Position numbers and translations under genes: made by a program. From Nanobdellota archaeon (GTDB lineage Archaea; Nanobdellota; Nanobdellia; SCGC-AAA011-G17; PNOQ01): a stretch of DNA of 64,000 nt. Shown one piece after another: positions 25,773 through 34,622 of this stretch (position 1 is the stretch's first letter; each line of letters opens with the position of its first letter). A model generated the notes under the pieces. The model saw only the letters and a program-made list of their open reading frames with translations. It did not search any database and had not been told where the DNA came from. The DNA is taken from NCBI GenBank assembly GCA_018829185.1, contig JAHJUI010000005.1:682-64681 (forward strand), in the 5' to 3' direction.

Positions 25773-27250
25773 TTTTTCACCTTTCTTAATTGTTTTATAT
25801 CATTTTTATAAAGTTCCCTTATATCTTTTATCCCATAATATGGTAATATAATTCTTCCTAATCCAAATCCCCAAGCTAAAACTGGAACTGGTTCTCCTAA
25901 TAATGGTTCAGTAACTTCTGGCCTGAAAATTCCTGCTCCACCAAGTTCTACCCATGTTTTTTTTTCTGGAATGTAAACATCAACCTCTATACTTGGTTCA
26001 GTATATGCAAAATATCCTGGGCGGAATCTTATTTTGTTATATCCCATTTTCTTAAAGAATTCTTTTAAATAACCTGTTAGATTACGGAAATTTGCATCTG
26101 GATCAATTACAATTCCTTCTGATTGATTAAATTCAAATGAATGTGACCAATCAAGTGTTTCATTTCTATAGTTTCTTCCAATTGCAAAGAATTTTGCTGG
26201 CCAATCTGATTTTTTAAGTTTTGATAATGTTTTTGCTGAAAGAACAGTTGTGTGTGTTCTTAGGACTAAACGTCTTGCTTCTTGTTCTGTCCAAGGACTT
26301 TTCCATGATTTTTCTTGAATTTGTTTTACTTTATTAATTAATTTTTTATCGGGAAGTTTTCCATTTCCCTTTACAAAGAATGTATCTTGCATTTCCCTAA
26401 CTGGATGATCTTGGGGTGTGAATAGTGCGTCAAATACCCAAAAGCTTGGATTTATTATTGGTCCTGTCATTTCTTGGAAACCCATGTCTAGCCAAATTTG
26501 TTTAGCATGTTGTTTTGCTTGATTTACAAAATGTCTTTTTCCTGGGTAAATTTTTGGAACGTTGATTTCTACATCATATCTTCTGAATTGTTTGTTTTTC
26601 CAAGAATTATCTTTTAGCATTGTACTTGTTAATTGATCTGCTAAGTTCTTTGGTATTTTGACTGTTTTTAGTTCTGTTCCTATTTTTGTTAATGTTATTG
26701 TTAATATTTTTTCTGTTTCTGTTTTTATTATTTGTTTTCTTTGTTTTAATTCTTGGTATATTTTCTCTTGCGTTTCATTTATTTTTGATTTTTCTATTGG
26801 AAGAGACTTTAGGAAGTCTTCTGTTGTGTTTTCTTTTAGGTATTTCTCTCCAAGAATTGTTGGTTTTATTTTGAAACCTGGTTTTATAGAAATAAACCCA
26901 TTTTTCCTTAATAAACCTAAGGATGCATTAAGTTCATCTTTTTGGAGATTTGTGATTCTTTGTATTTCTTCTAAATTATCTGCTTCTTCTAAAGCTTTTA
27001 AAAATGTTTTTTCAGGAAATTCTTTTTTTAGGTATTCTCTTCCGTTTTTATCTAAATCTATTATTTCTTGAGTTGATTTTAATGTTTTTATAACTCCTTT
27101 GTTTTCTAGCCATTGAATTGCTCTTGTTGCGCTAACTTCTTCTAAGTTTGATTTTTTTGATAATTCTTTTAAAGAAATATTATTTTCTAAGTAAGGTAAT
27201 ATAGTTCTTTCTAATGGATGTAAGGTTAATGCTAACTTCTGAATATCCAT
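25763..27250 (-). CDS. pheS: phenylalanine--tRNA ligase alpha subunit (archaeal type)
   Basis: Class II aaRS motifs (FRPGYFAYTEPS..., GGAGIFRPEV, LAWGFGLGR). N-terminal wHTH extension. Confidence 0.88.
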   Translation of the reverse strand: MDIQKLALTLHPLERTILPYLENNISLKELSKKSNLEEVSATRAIQWLENKGVIKTLKSTQEIIDLDKNGREYLKKEFPEKTFLKALEEADNLEEIQRITNLQKDELNASLGLLRKNGFISIKPGFKIKPTILGEKYLKENTTEDFLKSLPIEKSKINETQEKIYQELKQRKQIIKTETEKILTITLTKIGTELKTVKIPKNLADQLTSTMLKDNSWKNKQFRRYDVEINVPKIYPGKRHFVNQAKQHAKQIWLDMGFQEMTGPIINPSFWVFDALFTPQDHPVREMQDTFFVKGNGKLPDKKLINKVKQIQEKSWKSPWTEQEARRLVLRTHTTVLSAKTLSKLKKSDWPAKFFAIGRNYRNETLDWSHSFEFNQSEGIVIDPDANFRNLTGYLKEFFKKMGYNKIRFRPGYFAYTEPSIEVDVYIPEKKTWVELGGAGIFRPEVTEPLLGEPVPVLAWGFGLGRIILPYYGIKDIRELYKNDIKQLRKVKKWL

Positions 27251-27282
27251 AAATAAATTGTAATAAAGAATGTTTAAAAATG

Positions 27283-28014
27283 TTACTCTTTAGAGCTTTC
27301 TTGAATTGCTCTTATTTTGTCTCTTAGTTCTGCTGCTTTTTCGAAGTCTTCCGCTCTTGCTGCCTCGCATAATTCTGCTTCTAATGACATTTCTTGGCAG
27401 ATTGGAGTTTCTGATGCAAAAATTGCAATATCTCCCCAATGGGAAATTTCTCTTTTAATTTTTTCTGAAAGCTTCCAGTAGTCAATTAAGATGCTGCCGG
27501 ATGCACCATCATAAAGCCCATATTTTTTAAGTGGTATGCTAGTGGAATCAACTATTGCTTTGATTGGTTCCACTTTATAGTCTGTTGGGAGCCTCCCCCT
27601 CCCTAGTTCAGAAGAAACAAAATATGCTGTTCCTATAGAGATCATTGGGCTTAGGGAATCTGGATCTAACAATGCCGTAATGTGAGATAGTCCTTCAACT
27701 CCTAGAAATTTTTCTTTATAATCTTGTAATGTTTTGTCCATTCTCCGTTTAAGACTATTTTTTAAGTCCATAACCAATTTCAAGTCTGTTTCACTTGGCA
27801 TTAATTCCTCCCCATTAAGGATGTTATCTATTAAACAAGAAAATGAATATACTTCTAATGTGCCGTCTGAATGTGACTCATCGGAAATTCTTAGATTGGT
27901 TGATCCATCTGGATATTCTAGTCTGCATGCGAATGTCTCTCTTTTCCGATCTATATATCTCCTAAATCTTGCTTCAAAGGCAGATTGTTCTTGTGGATTA
28001 TTTTCTTCTTTCAT
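27283..28014 (-). CDS. hypothetical protein with C-terminal UVR domain (GC-elevated)
   Basis: C-terminus EAELCEAARAEDFEKAAELRDKIRAI is a UvrB/UvrC-type UVR motif. The N-terminal domain is unassigned. Confidence 0.45.
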   Translation of the reverse strand: MKEENNPQEQSAFEARFRRYIDRKRETFACRLEYPDGSTNLRISDESHSDGTLEVYSFSCLIDNILNGEELMPSETDLKLVMDLKNSLKRRMDKTLQDYKEKFLGVEGLSHITALLDPDSLSPMISIGTAYFVSSELGRGRLPTDYKVEPIKAIVDSTSIPLKKYGLYDGASGSILIDYWKLSEKIKREISHWGDIAIFASETPICQEMSLEAELCEAARAEDFEKAAELRDKIRAIQESSKE

Positions 28015-28029
28015 TTTAAAATAAAGAAA

Positions 28030-28836
28030 TTAAACACTTGGCAACTTTGACCAAGTGCTTTTTAGTAAAGAATCTACTGTTGATGCAAATGCTGGTGAGT
28101 GTGCCCAAATTCCAATGTCTGAACTTTCATGTACTTCTTTGTCATCATTTAGCATAAACATTAATTGGGTGCCATCGATTAAAATAAATCTTGCACCAAT
28201 CTTGTCTGCTCTTTTAACATCTGCGAATTTAGCTAATTCTTTTGCAGCTAATTCTGCTTTTTCACTTTCTAGCTTTGCAATAATCTTAACTTTAACACCT
28301 TTCTCAGAAAGTTTCTTTAAAGTATATTTTAAACTGTCTGCTTTTTTGACTATGCCTGTTGAACTGGTCATGATAACAACTGATTTTTTAGCATCTTTAA
28401 GCATAGTTTCCATATGATTGTAAATATTGTATCTTCCTTTTATTGCTCCAGAAACATTGTGAGCATCTACATGATTTACACCATTTTTGTATAAAAGACT
28501 TAATTCAGAAAATACATCTTCTTTTTTTATCTTATCTAGGCTTTCAACTTGTTGATCTGCTGATTTCTTAATATGTTTCTTAACTCTTAACACGATCTCA
28601 CTTGGTTCAACAGCAATATATTTTATTGGTTTTCCAAGCTTCATTATAACAAAACCGCGTTTTTCTAAGCTTTCTAAAATATCATAACTTCTTGATCTTG
28701 GTACGTCTGAAATGTCTGAAAGTTCTCCTGCAGCTGCAATACCTTTACTTAACAATGCAGTCCAAATTTTTGCTTCATAAATGTTTAAATCGAATGCTGA
28801 TCTGATTTTTTTGATAAAATCTTTGTCCATTATCAT
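28030..28836 (-). CDS. TrmB-family transcriptional regulator
   Basis: N-terminal wHTH LNIYEAKIWTALLSKGIAAAGELSDISDVPRSRSYDILESLEKRGFV plus a C-terminal sensor domain. Confidence 0.7.
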   Translation of the reverse strand: MIMDKDFIKKIRSAFDLNIYEAKIWTALLSKGIAAAGELSDISDVPRSRSYDILESLEKRGFVIMKLGKPIKYIAVEPSEIVLRVKKHIKKSADQQVESLDKIKKEDVFSELSLLYKNGVNHVDAHNVSGAIKGRYNIYNHMETMLKDAKKSVVIMTSSTGIVKKADSLKYTLKKLSEKGVKVKIIAKLESEKAELAAKELAKFADVKRADKIGARFILIDGTQLMFMLNDDKEVHESSDIGIWAHSPAFASTVDSLLKSTWSKLPSV

Positions 28837-28904
28837 TTTTTGTCTCCTACACCTCGTAGTCTAGATAAGTTTGGATCAAAAGTATCTTTATAAAGGTTTC
28901 GGTC

Positions 28905-28946
28905 TGTTGTTTCTTTTGAGTAGTTACATATAGAAAGATTTATAAA
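28905..28946 (+). promoter_or_regulatory. 42-nt promoter-associated repeat TGTTGTTTCTTTTGAGTAGTTACA(T)ATAGAAAGATTTATAAA (copy A)
   Basis: Identical to 34268..34309 apart from one base. Ends in a box-A element. Confidence 0.45.
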
Positions 28947-28947
28947 T

Positions 28948-30450
28948 TTATGCTCTTCTTTTAGTAAATTCTCTTGCTACAAAAGTTAAAATAAAGAATA
29001 CTACTAAAGCTATTAATAAAATATAAAGTTCTGGTAAAACAGACCCTAAACTAGCTTTAAACAATATCATTTTCTTTAAAATTGAATTAGAGACTACTAA
29101 AGGATTAAATAACGCTATATATTTGAATTTCTCTGTTATTGTTTCTATTGGTAAAATTGTATTTGAGAAAAACATCAATAATGCTGCTATTCCTATTGCT
29201 GCTAAAAGTGCTGTTTCTTCTGATTTAAATGCATAACCAATAGCCATTCCCAAAAAAATGAAAACTGTTGCTGAAATAAATAATATCAATGATGTGCTTG
29301 CAAGAACTGATAAGATTGGCATCTTTAACCAGAATATTGCTGCTAACATTAATATTGCTAATTGAATTAATAATATTAGTAAGCAAGTGATGTAAGTTCC
29401 TAGCAGAAATACGAAGTCTGAAGTTGGAGTCATGAAGTTTCTAAAAAATGCTTTTGTTTTTCTTTCTCTTAAAACCATTGTAGAGGATAAAATTATACTT
29501 GCTAATAAAATTATCAAAGCTAGTAAAGTAGGGAATAGGTAATTTAGATTAGATGAATCTGAAGTTATTGATTGAACTTCTATTTTTATTGGTGAAACTA
29601 CTTTTTCGGCTTCAGTAACTTTTACATCATTCAAAAGTTCAGATAAAGTGTTTAAACCAGTTTGTAGATTAGATAAAGTTGTTTTTGTAGAGGTGCTTTT
29701 TGATTTTATTTCTGTTGCTATTTGTGTAATTGCTGCTGTAGAACCTTCCAAATTTGTTAAATCTGTTAATACACTATTTATCTGTTCTTCTAAATCATCT
29801 ACTAATGTTTGGTTAGCACAAGAAAGTTCTGCTGTAATATTTTTTGCTTCTTCCAGACTTGAAATTAAAGCTGAAACTGATGGGATTGATGAACTAATAG
29901 TATCTGATTTAGATGCAATTGTTTCTGTGTTTGAAATTGCTGAAGAAATTGATTCTGTTTTAGGAATCAGATTTGTTTTTGCTTCATCTACAACATTGAT
30001 TAAAGCTTGAGTCATAGTTACACTTAATTCTGAGGATTTTGAGGAAATTTGTGAGTTGATATCGTTAATTAAAGAATAAGCAAGATTAACTCTTGATTTG
30101 TCTGCATGGAAAGTTACTGGTTCAGTGCTACCTTCAATTGAAAGACCTTCTGGGAAAATTATGCATATTTGTGTTTTACCTTCTTTTACAGAATTTATAC
30201 ATAATTCTTCTGAATCTAGTTTTTGTATTGAAAAAGATTTTTCTTCGAAACTTGTTAAAATTGAATTTGTTAATTCATTTTCTGATGGGGAATAAGTTCC
30301 AACATTTATTCCGTATAATTCTGATGAGTTAAATGCCATTCCTACTAAGAATACTATTAATAATGGAGCCAAAAGAATGATTAATGCAGATAGTTTTGAT
30401 CTTATGAGTATCTTAAAGTTTTTTCCTATTATATTTAATAAGTTGTACAT
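28948..30450 (-). CDS. ABC-2 family transporter permease with large extracytoplasmic domain
   Basis: N-terminal TM helix, about 270-aa external Ser/Thr-rich domain, 5-6 C-terminal TM helices. Confidence 0.6.
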   Translation of the reverse strand: MYNLLNIIGKNFKILIRSKLSALIILLAPLLIVFLVGMAFNSSELYGINVGTYSPSENELTNSILTSFEEKSFSIQKLDSEELCINSVKEGKTQICIIFPEGLSIEGSTEPVTFHADKSRVNLAYSLINDINSQISSKSSELSVTMTQALINVVDEAKTNLIPKTESISSAISNTETIASKSDTISSSIPSVSALISSLEEAKNITAELSCANQTLVDDLEEQINSVLTDLTNLEGSTAAITQIATEIKSKSTSTKTTLSNLQTGLNTLSELLNDVKVTEAEKVVSPIKIEVQSITSDSSNLNYLFPTLLALIILLASIILSSTMVLRERKTKAFFRNFMTPTSDFVFLLGTYITCLLILLIQLAILMLAAIFWLKMPILSVLASTSLILFISATVFIFLGMAIGYAFKSEETALLAAIGIAALLMFFSNTILPIETITEKFKYIALFNPLVVSNSILKKMILFKASLGSVLPELYILLIALVVFFILTFVAREFTKRRA

Positions 30451-30451
30451 T

Positions 30452-31375
30452 CTATCTTCTTCCCAATACTTCTTTTAATTCTTTTACTGAGGGAAAAGGC
30501 CCTTTTTCTTCTGGTTCTTGTCTTTCTTTTCCTTTTCTTCTTTTTTCTTGATATCTTTCTTTTACACGTTGCGAAAATATTTTTTTGAAAACTCCATCTA
30601 AAGTAGTTTGGCCATATTTCTTTTTTATTTTAGCTGGAGGTCCATCTTCTACAATTTGTTTATTGAATAAGATTGCTATTTTATCACAAATGTGATCCAT
30701 CTCGTTTAGTAAATGTGTTGTTAAAATTATGGTTGTACCTTGTTTTTTTATTTTCTTTATTAATTCAATCATTTGTTGCCTTAGTAGTGGATCTAAATCT
30801 TCTGTGGGTTCATCCATGATTAATATTTTTGGATCGTGAATTAAAGAACATGCTAAGTCTAATCTTTTTTTCATACCAATTGATAAATCTTCTGCTAAAG
30901 TGTTTATTGCATCTGGTAGTTCTACTAAATTGATTATGTCTTCTACTGCATCTTGTATTTTAGCTGTTTTAACTCCATAGAGTCTTGCAAAATAGAATAA
31001 ATTTTCTCTTACTGTTAGTTTATTATAGAATGATCCATCTTCAGTTGCAAAACCAAAGCACTTTTCAATGTCTTTCATTGCCTTAAAAACGTTTTTTCTT
31101 AAGTATAGAACTTCTCCACTTGTAGGTTTGTAGAACCCAATTAATAACTTTAGAATTGTTGTTTTTCCTTCACCAGAAGCTCCAATAATTCCTGTGATTT
31201 TATTTTCTGGAATTGATAGATTAACTGAATCTAGGATTACGTTTTTACCAAACTTTTTGGTTACCTCTTTTAATTGGATTAATTCTGTATCCATGATATA
31301 ATTTTTAGTTTTTCTTTTTTTAAATCTGTCGATTTTGGGAAGGCTTATAAATTTATTGAAATTCCCTTTTTTCAT
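30452..31375 (-). CDS. ABC transporter ATP-binding protein
   Basis: Walker A GASGEGKTT, signature LSIGMKKRL, Walker B ILIMDEPTEDLD. The true start is probably the internal MDTELIQL (about 31294). Confidence 0.85.
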   Translation of the reverse strand: MKKGNFNKFISLPKIDRFKKRKTKNYIMDTELIQLKEVTKKFGKNVILDSVNLSIPENKITGIIGASGEGKTTILKLLIGFYKPTSGEVLYLRKNVFKAMKDIEKCFGFATEDGSFYNKLTVRENLFYFARLYGVKTAKIQDAVEDIINLVELPDAINTLAEDLSIGMKKRLDLACSLIHDPKILIMDEPTEDLDPLLRQQMIELIKKIKKQGTTIILTTHLLNEMDHICDKIAILFNKQIVEDGPPAKIKKKYGQTTLDGVFKKIFSQRVKERYQEKRRKGKERQEPEEKGPFPSVKELKEVLGRR

Positions 31376-32057
31376 GAAAGAAGGTCCTTTATCGCCTGGA
31401 GAATATGCAATAGCATACGAACAAGATAGACTTGGAATCTTTGATGTAGATTTAGAAAACCCAATTTATGATTTAAGTCAGATTTTTAAAAGTTGTATTT
31501 CTAGTGTTGATTCCCCAAGGGGGGCTGAATTAATTGATCCAAGGGGCATACATTCTATTTTCTTTTTTGGGGATTTTGTTAGCACACCAGTTTATACTCA
31601 AGGGTTTGAAGAAAACCGTAAATGGTTAGCTAAAACTTTTTTTGGTCCTGGACATTATGTTTTGGATCGTCGTAAACATGTTGGAGTAATTGATTTGGGT
31701 GTTGTTTGTAAAGATGTACCTAAGAGGGGGCATCTTAGAGAAGAAAGAACAAACAGAAAAACCCCTATTTCGCTTAGTGTTAATGCCTTCACAAAAGATT
31801 CTCTTACAGAAGCAATAGAAAGCTCTAGATCTTATGGGGGGGAGATAATAGGAACTGGAATTCCCTTGGTCGATGATGGTTTTTTTCAAGAACTAGTAGA
31901 AGCTCATCCAGAAATAGTTAGAGATCCATTATACAATTTAGTGCATAAAGTGAGAGATGGTTTTGGTGATGTTCCTCGGAGAGATGTAATAAATGCTCAA
32001 TTAAGATTTAAAGAGCTAGAAAGAAATCCTAATTTAAAGTGCCATTGGAATTATTAA
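31374..32057 (+). CDS. hypothetical protein (GC-elevated)
   Basis: Start probably MKEGPLSPGEY. No recognised family. Confidence 0.4.
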   Translation: MKEGPLSPGEYAIAYEQDRLGIFDVDLENPIYDLSQIFKSCISSVDSPRGAELIDPRGIHSIFFFGDFVSTPVYTQGFEENRKWLAKTFFGPGHYVLDRRKHVGVIDLGVVCKDVPKRGHLREERTNRKTPISLSVNAFTKDSLTEAIESSRSYGGEIIGTGIPLVDDGFFQELVEAHPEIVRDPLYNLVHKVRDGFGDVPRRDVINAQLRFKELERNPNLKCHWNY

Positions 32058-32095
32058 AGGAAAAGTATAAAAACTTCTAATTTAATTTTTTCTTT

Positions 32096-32881
32096 ATGAA
32101 ACATACTTGGCAAATAACTTTAATTTTAATTGGTTTGTTTATTGTATCTCAAATTGTTGGTTTATTTGTTGTTGATAGTTATTTAGATAAGCCAGATTTG
32201 CCATTAGGTATTGAAAGGCCAGACATTGAAGAAAATATAAGTTATATTCCTGTGTTGATTGCTATTTTGTTTGCAACCGGCATTGCACTTTTATTAATTA
32301 AATTTAATGCTGTTAAAATTTGGAAGATTTGGTTTTTTATTGGAGTTGTTGTAACTTTAACTATTACATTTGGATCTTTTATTCCAGAAGTGATTGCTTT
32401 AATTTTAGGACTGGGATTTGCTTTTTTCAAAATATTTAAAACAAATGTTATTGTTCATAATTTTACAGAGATATTTATTTATCCAGGTATTGCAGCTATC
32501 TTTGTTCCTATTTTTAATTTAATGTCAATATTTATTTTATTAGTTGTTATTTCGATTTATGACATAATTGCTGTTTGGAAAACAAAACATATGGTTAAAA
32601 TGGCAGAATTTCAAAGTGAGACAAAAATCTTTGCTGGTTTATTAATTCCTTATAAGAAAACAAGAGCTGTTCTTGGTGGAGGCGATATTGGTTTTCCTTT
32701 AATGTTTGCAGGAGTTGTAATGAAGACTTCTAATATGTTAAATGGAGTTATTGTTAGCTTATTTGCTGCTTTGGCTTTGTTTATATTATTTTATATGGCT
32801 AAAAAAGAGAAATTTTATCCAGCAATGCCTTTTGTAACTGCTGGATGTGTTGTTGGTTATTTAATTACATTGTTGCTATAG
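32096..32881 (+). CDS. presenilin/signal-peptide-peptidase-like intramembrane aspartyl protease (A22 family)
   Basis: Multi-TM protein with YD (ISIYDIIAV), GxGD (LGGGDIGFP) and a PAL-like (YPAMPF) motif in the correct order. Confidence 0.55.
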   Translation: MKHTWQITLILIGLFIVSQIVGLFVVDSYLDKPDLPLGIERPDIEENISYIPVLIAILFATGIALLLIKFNAVKIWKIWFFIGVVVTLTITFGSFIPEVIALILGLGFAFFKIFKTNVIVHNFTEIFIYPGIAAIFVPIFNLMSIFILLVVISIYDIIAVWKTKHMVKMAEFQSETKIFAGLLIPYKKTRAVLGGGDIGFPLMFAGVVMKTSNMLNGVIVSLFAALALFILFYMAKKEKFYPAMPFVTAGCVVGYLITLLL

Positions 32882-32985
32882 TTTGAAAAGTTCTGCTGTG
32901 ACAAACACATTTTGTTACTGAAGAGATTTCCTCTCCCTCAAATGTGTAAATCATTCCACATTCTAAACATTTTGCTTGTGCCATT

Positions 32986-33459
32986 TTAATATATAACTCC
33001 TATGAGTACGAATCTTATTTGTTCGAACCTAACTTTTTGGTCTGCTAAACTTGAATTATCTCCTTTAGTTATGCAGTACCAACCTTGTTCATCTTCATTG
33101 ATATCTATGATTCTGTGAACTATGAATCCTATGTTTGTCTCATAGGCAATAACATCTCCTACTTGTAAGTCTTCTTTGTTTTCTGGTGTTAATTCTAAGC
33201 CATTTGCTTCTTCATCTAGCAAAGGATCCATAGAATTTGTGTCAGTGTATTGTGCCCAAGAAGCTTGAGCAATGTTTATGATTATTTTATCTGGTAAAAC
33301 TAAGATTTGATCTTCTGAAATTCTATCTTTTGGTGAAGGTCTTTCTGTTGCATTAAAGTCAAAAGGTATTTGGATGTTAGAATTTGCTATTATTGTATTT
33401 GAGAAAAAACCTAAAAAGAATATACAAAGGATTGTGATTAATAATGGTATTTTGTTCAT
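32986..33459 (-). CDS. signal peptidase I, archaeal/ER type (S26B)
   Basis: N-terminal TM helix. Boxes SMDPLL (Ser nucleophile), GDVIAY, HRIIDI (His general base), ITKGDNSS. Confidence 0.55.
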   Translation of the reverse strand: MNKIPLLITILCIFFLGFFSNTIIANSNIQIPFDFNATERPSPKDRISEDQILVLPDKIIINIAQASWAQYTDTNSMDPLLDEEANGLELTPENKEDLQVGDVIAYETNIGFIVHRIIDINEDEQGWYCITKGDNSSLADQKVRFEQIRFVLIGVIY

Positions 33460-33562
33460 TTTCTTAAGAAAAAGGTATTGATTTTTGTTTATAAAGGTTT
33501 GGTTTTGTAGTGTCTTATTGGTGGTAACAATATTTTAAAAACACATATTTTAATTTAATATT

Positions 33563-33865
33563 ATGAAAATAAAAGCTAAAATTTGTAGAAATCCTTTTGG
33601 TTTGATGTTTAGAGGGTTAAAAAAAGGAGATTCTATTGTTTTAGAATGTGGTGAAGGAATATTTAGTGCTGCTATTCATATGTTATTTGTGTTTTATTCT
33701 TTAGATATTGTTTGGTTAGATAAGGATCATATTGTTGTTGACAAGAAAACTGTTAAACCATTTACATTATTTGCTTATCCTAAAAGACCTGCTAAATATA
33801 TTGTTGAAATGAGAAAAGGTTTTTCTAAAGATATTAAAATTGGTGATAAAATAGAATTTATTTAA
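33563..33865 (+). CDS. DUF192-family protein
   Basis: FGLMFRGL...IVWLDKDHIVVDK...YIVEMRKG matches the COG1430/DUF192 pattern. Confidence 0.55.
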   Translation: MKIKAKICRNPFGLMFRGLKKGDSIVLECGEGIFSAAIHMLFVFYSLDIVWLDKDHIVVDKKTVKPFTLFAYPKRPAKYIVEMRKGFSKDIKIGDKIEFI

Positions 33866-34239
33866 ACATAAGGCTTTAATGCACTTAGTGGGCCTTTAAG
33901 CAATTTTCTTTCTATTCTTCCTTTTAAGTAAGGTGAAAATTCCGTTCCAAAGTAAACTAATGCTCCAATTTTTTTTACGCCTTCTGGGTTGTCTACCTCT
34001 CCATCACGATTGTGTTTAATATGCCGGGTTTCTACTTCATTTCCTTTGATAGTTATGCTTTCTTCACATTCATCAAGAGATTCTGTACATAAAGTTGCAG
34101 TGCCATCCTTCATAACTGTAACCATTCTCGTTTTATCTCCATCTGGGTGCATTCTAAAATATCTTGCCCCTGTACCCTTTAGAATAACGTGCATTGCTAA
34201 TCTTTCTGTTAGTTTCATTTTAACACCAAATTTTAGCAT
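33862..34239 (-). CDS. hypothetical protein (GC-elevated)
   Basis: 125 aa. No recognised family. Confidence 0.4.
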   Translation of the reverse strand: MLKFGVKMKLTERLAMHVILKGTGARYFRMHPDGDKTRMVTVMKDGTATLCTESLDECEESITIKGNEVETRHIKHNRDGEVDNPEGVKKIGALVYFGTEFSPYLKGRIERKLLKGPLSALKPYV

Positions 34240-34267
34240 AAATGGGTATTTATAAATCTTTTGCTTT

Positions 34268-34309
34268 TGTTGTTTCTTTTGAGTAGTTACAGATAGAAAG
34301 ATTTATAAA
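34268..34309 (+). promoter_or_regulatory. 42-nt promoter-associated repeat (copy B), with box A about 27 nt upstream of the 34332 ATG
   Basis: TGTTGTTTCTTTTGAGTAGTTACAGATAGAAAGATTTATAAA. Near-identical to copy A. Confidence 0.45.
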
Positions 34310-34331
34310 GGGAAAAATAGATTAATTAATT

Positions 34332-34622
34332 ATGGCACACAAACCCCATGAATTGGAATATACTAAGCTTTTGCAAAGTGGAGCGGTTTTTCATTATACC
34401 TGTAATGCTCCTAGCTCAGATATGCTTAGCCGGCATGGTGTGCAAGAACTTGGGCAAGATGTTGATTCGGACCCAAGAGGACTTTTGTTGATACCGGCAG
34501 ATGTTTATACTAAATTCGGGCTAGTGCTTGATCCCTTAAATGATTCTGAAACACATAGAATTGTTTCTGAAAATTTAATGAGGAAAATGTCTGAAAGAGA
34601 GAAATCATCTGATTCTGATTGA
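34332..34622 (+). CDS. hypothetical protein (GC-elevated, 96 aa)
   Basis: Preceded by box A at the spacing expected for a leaderless transcript. Confidence 0.4.
   Translation: MAHKPHELEYTKLLQSGAVFHYTCNAPSSDMLSRHGVQELGQDVDSDPRGLLLIPADVYTKFGLVLDPLNDSETHRIVSENLMRKMSEREKSSDSD

Noticed and set aside
30452-31375. N-terminal 27-aa extension (MKKGNFNKFISLPKIDRFKKRKTKNYI) of the ABC ATPase
   Set aside because: This is probably upstream read-through of the ORF caller. The conserved ABC fold starts at MDTELIQL, and the extension overlaps the divergent 31374 gene and its promoter.
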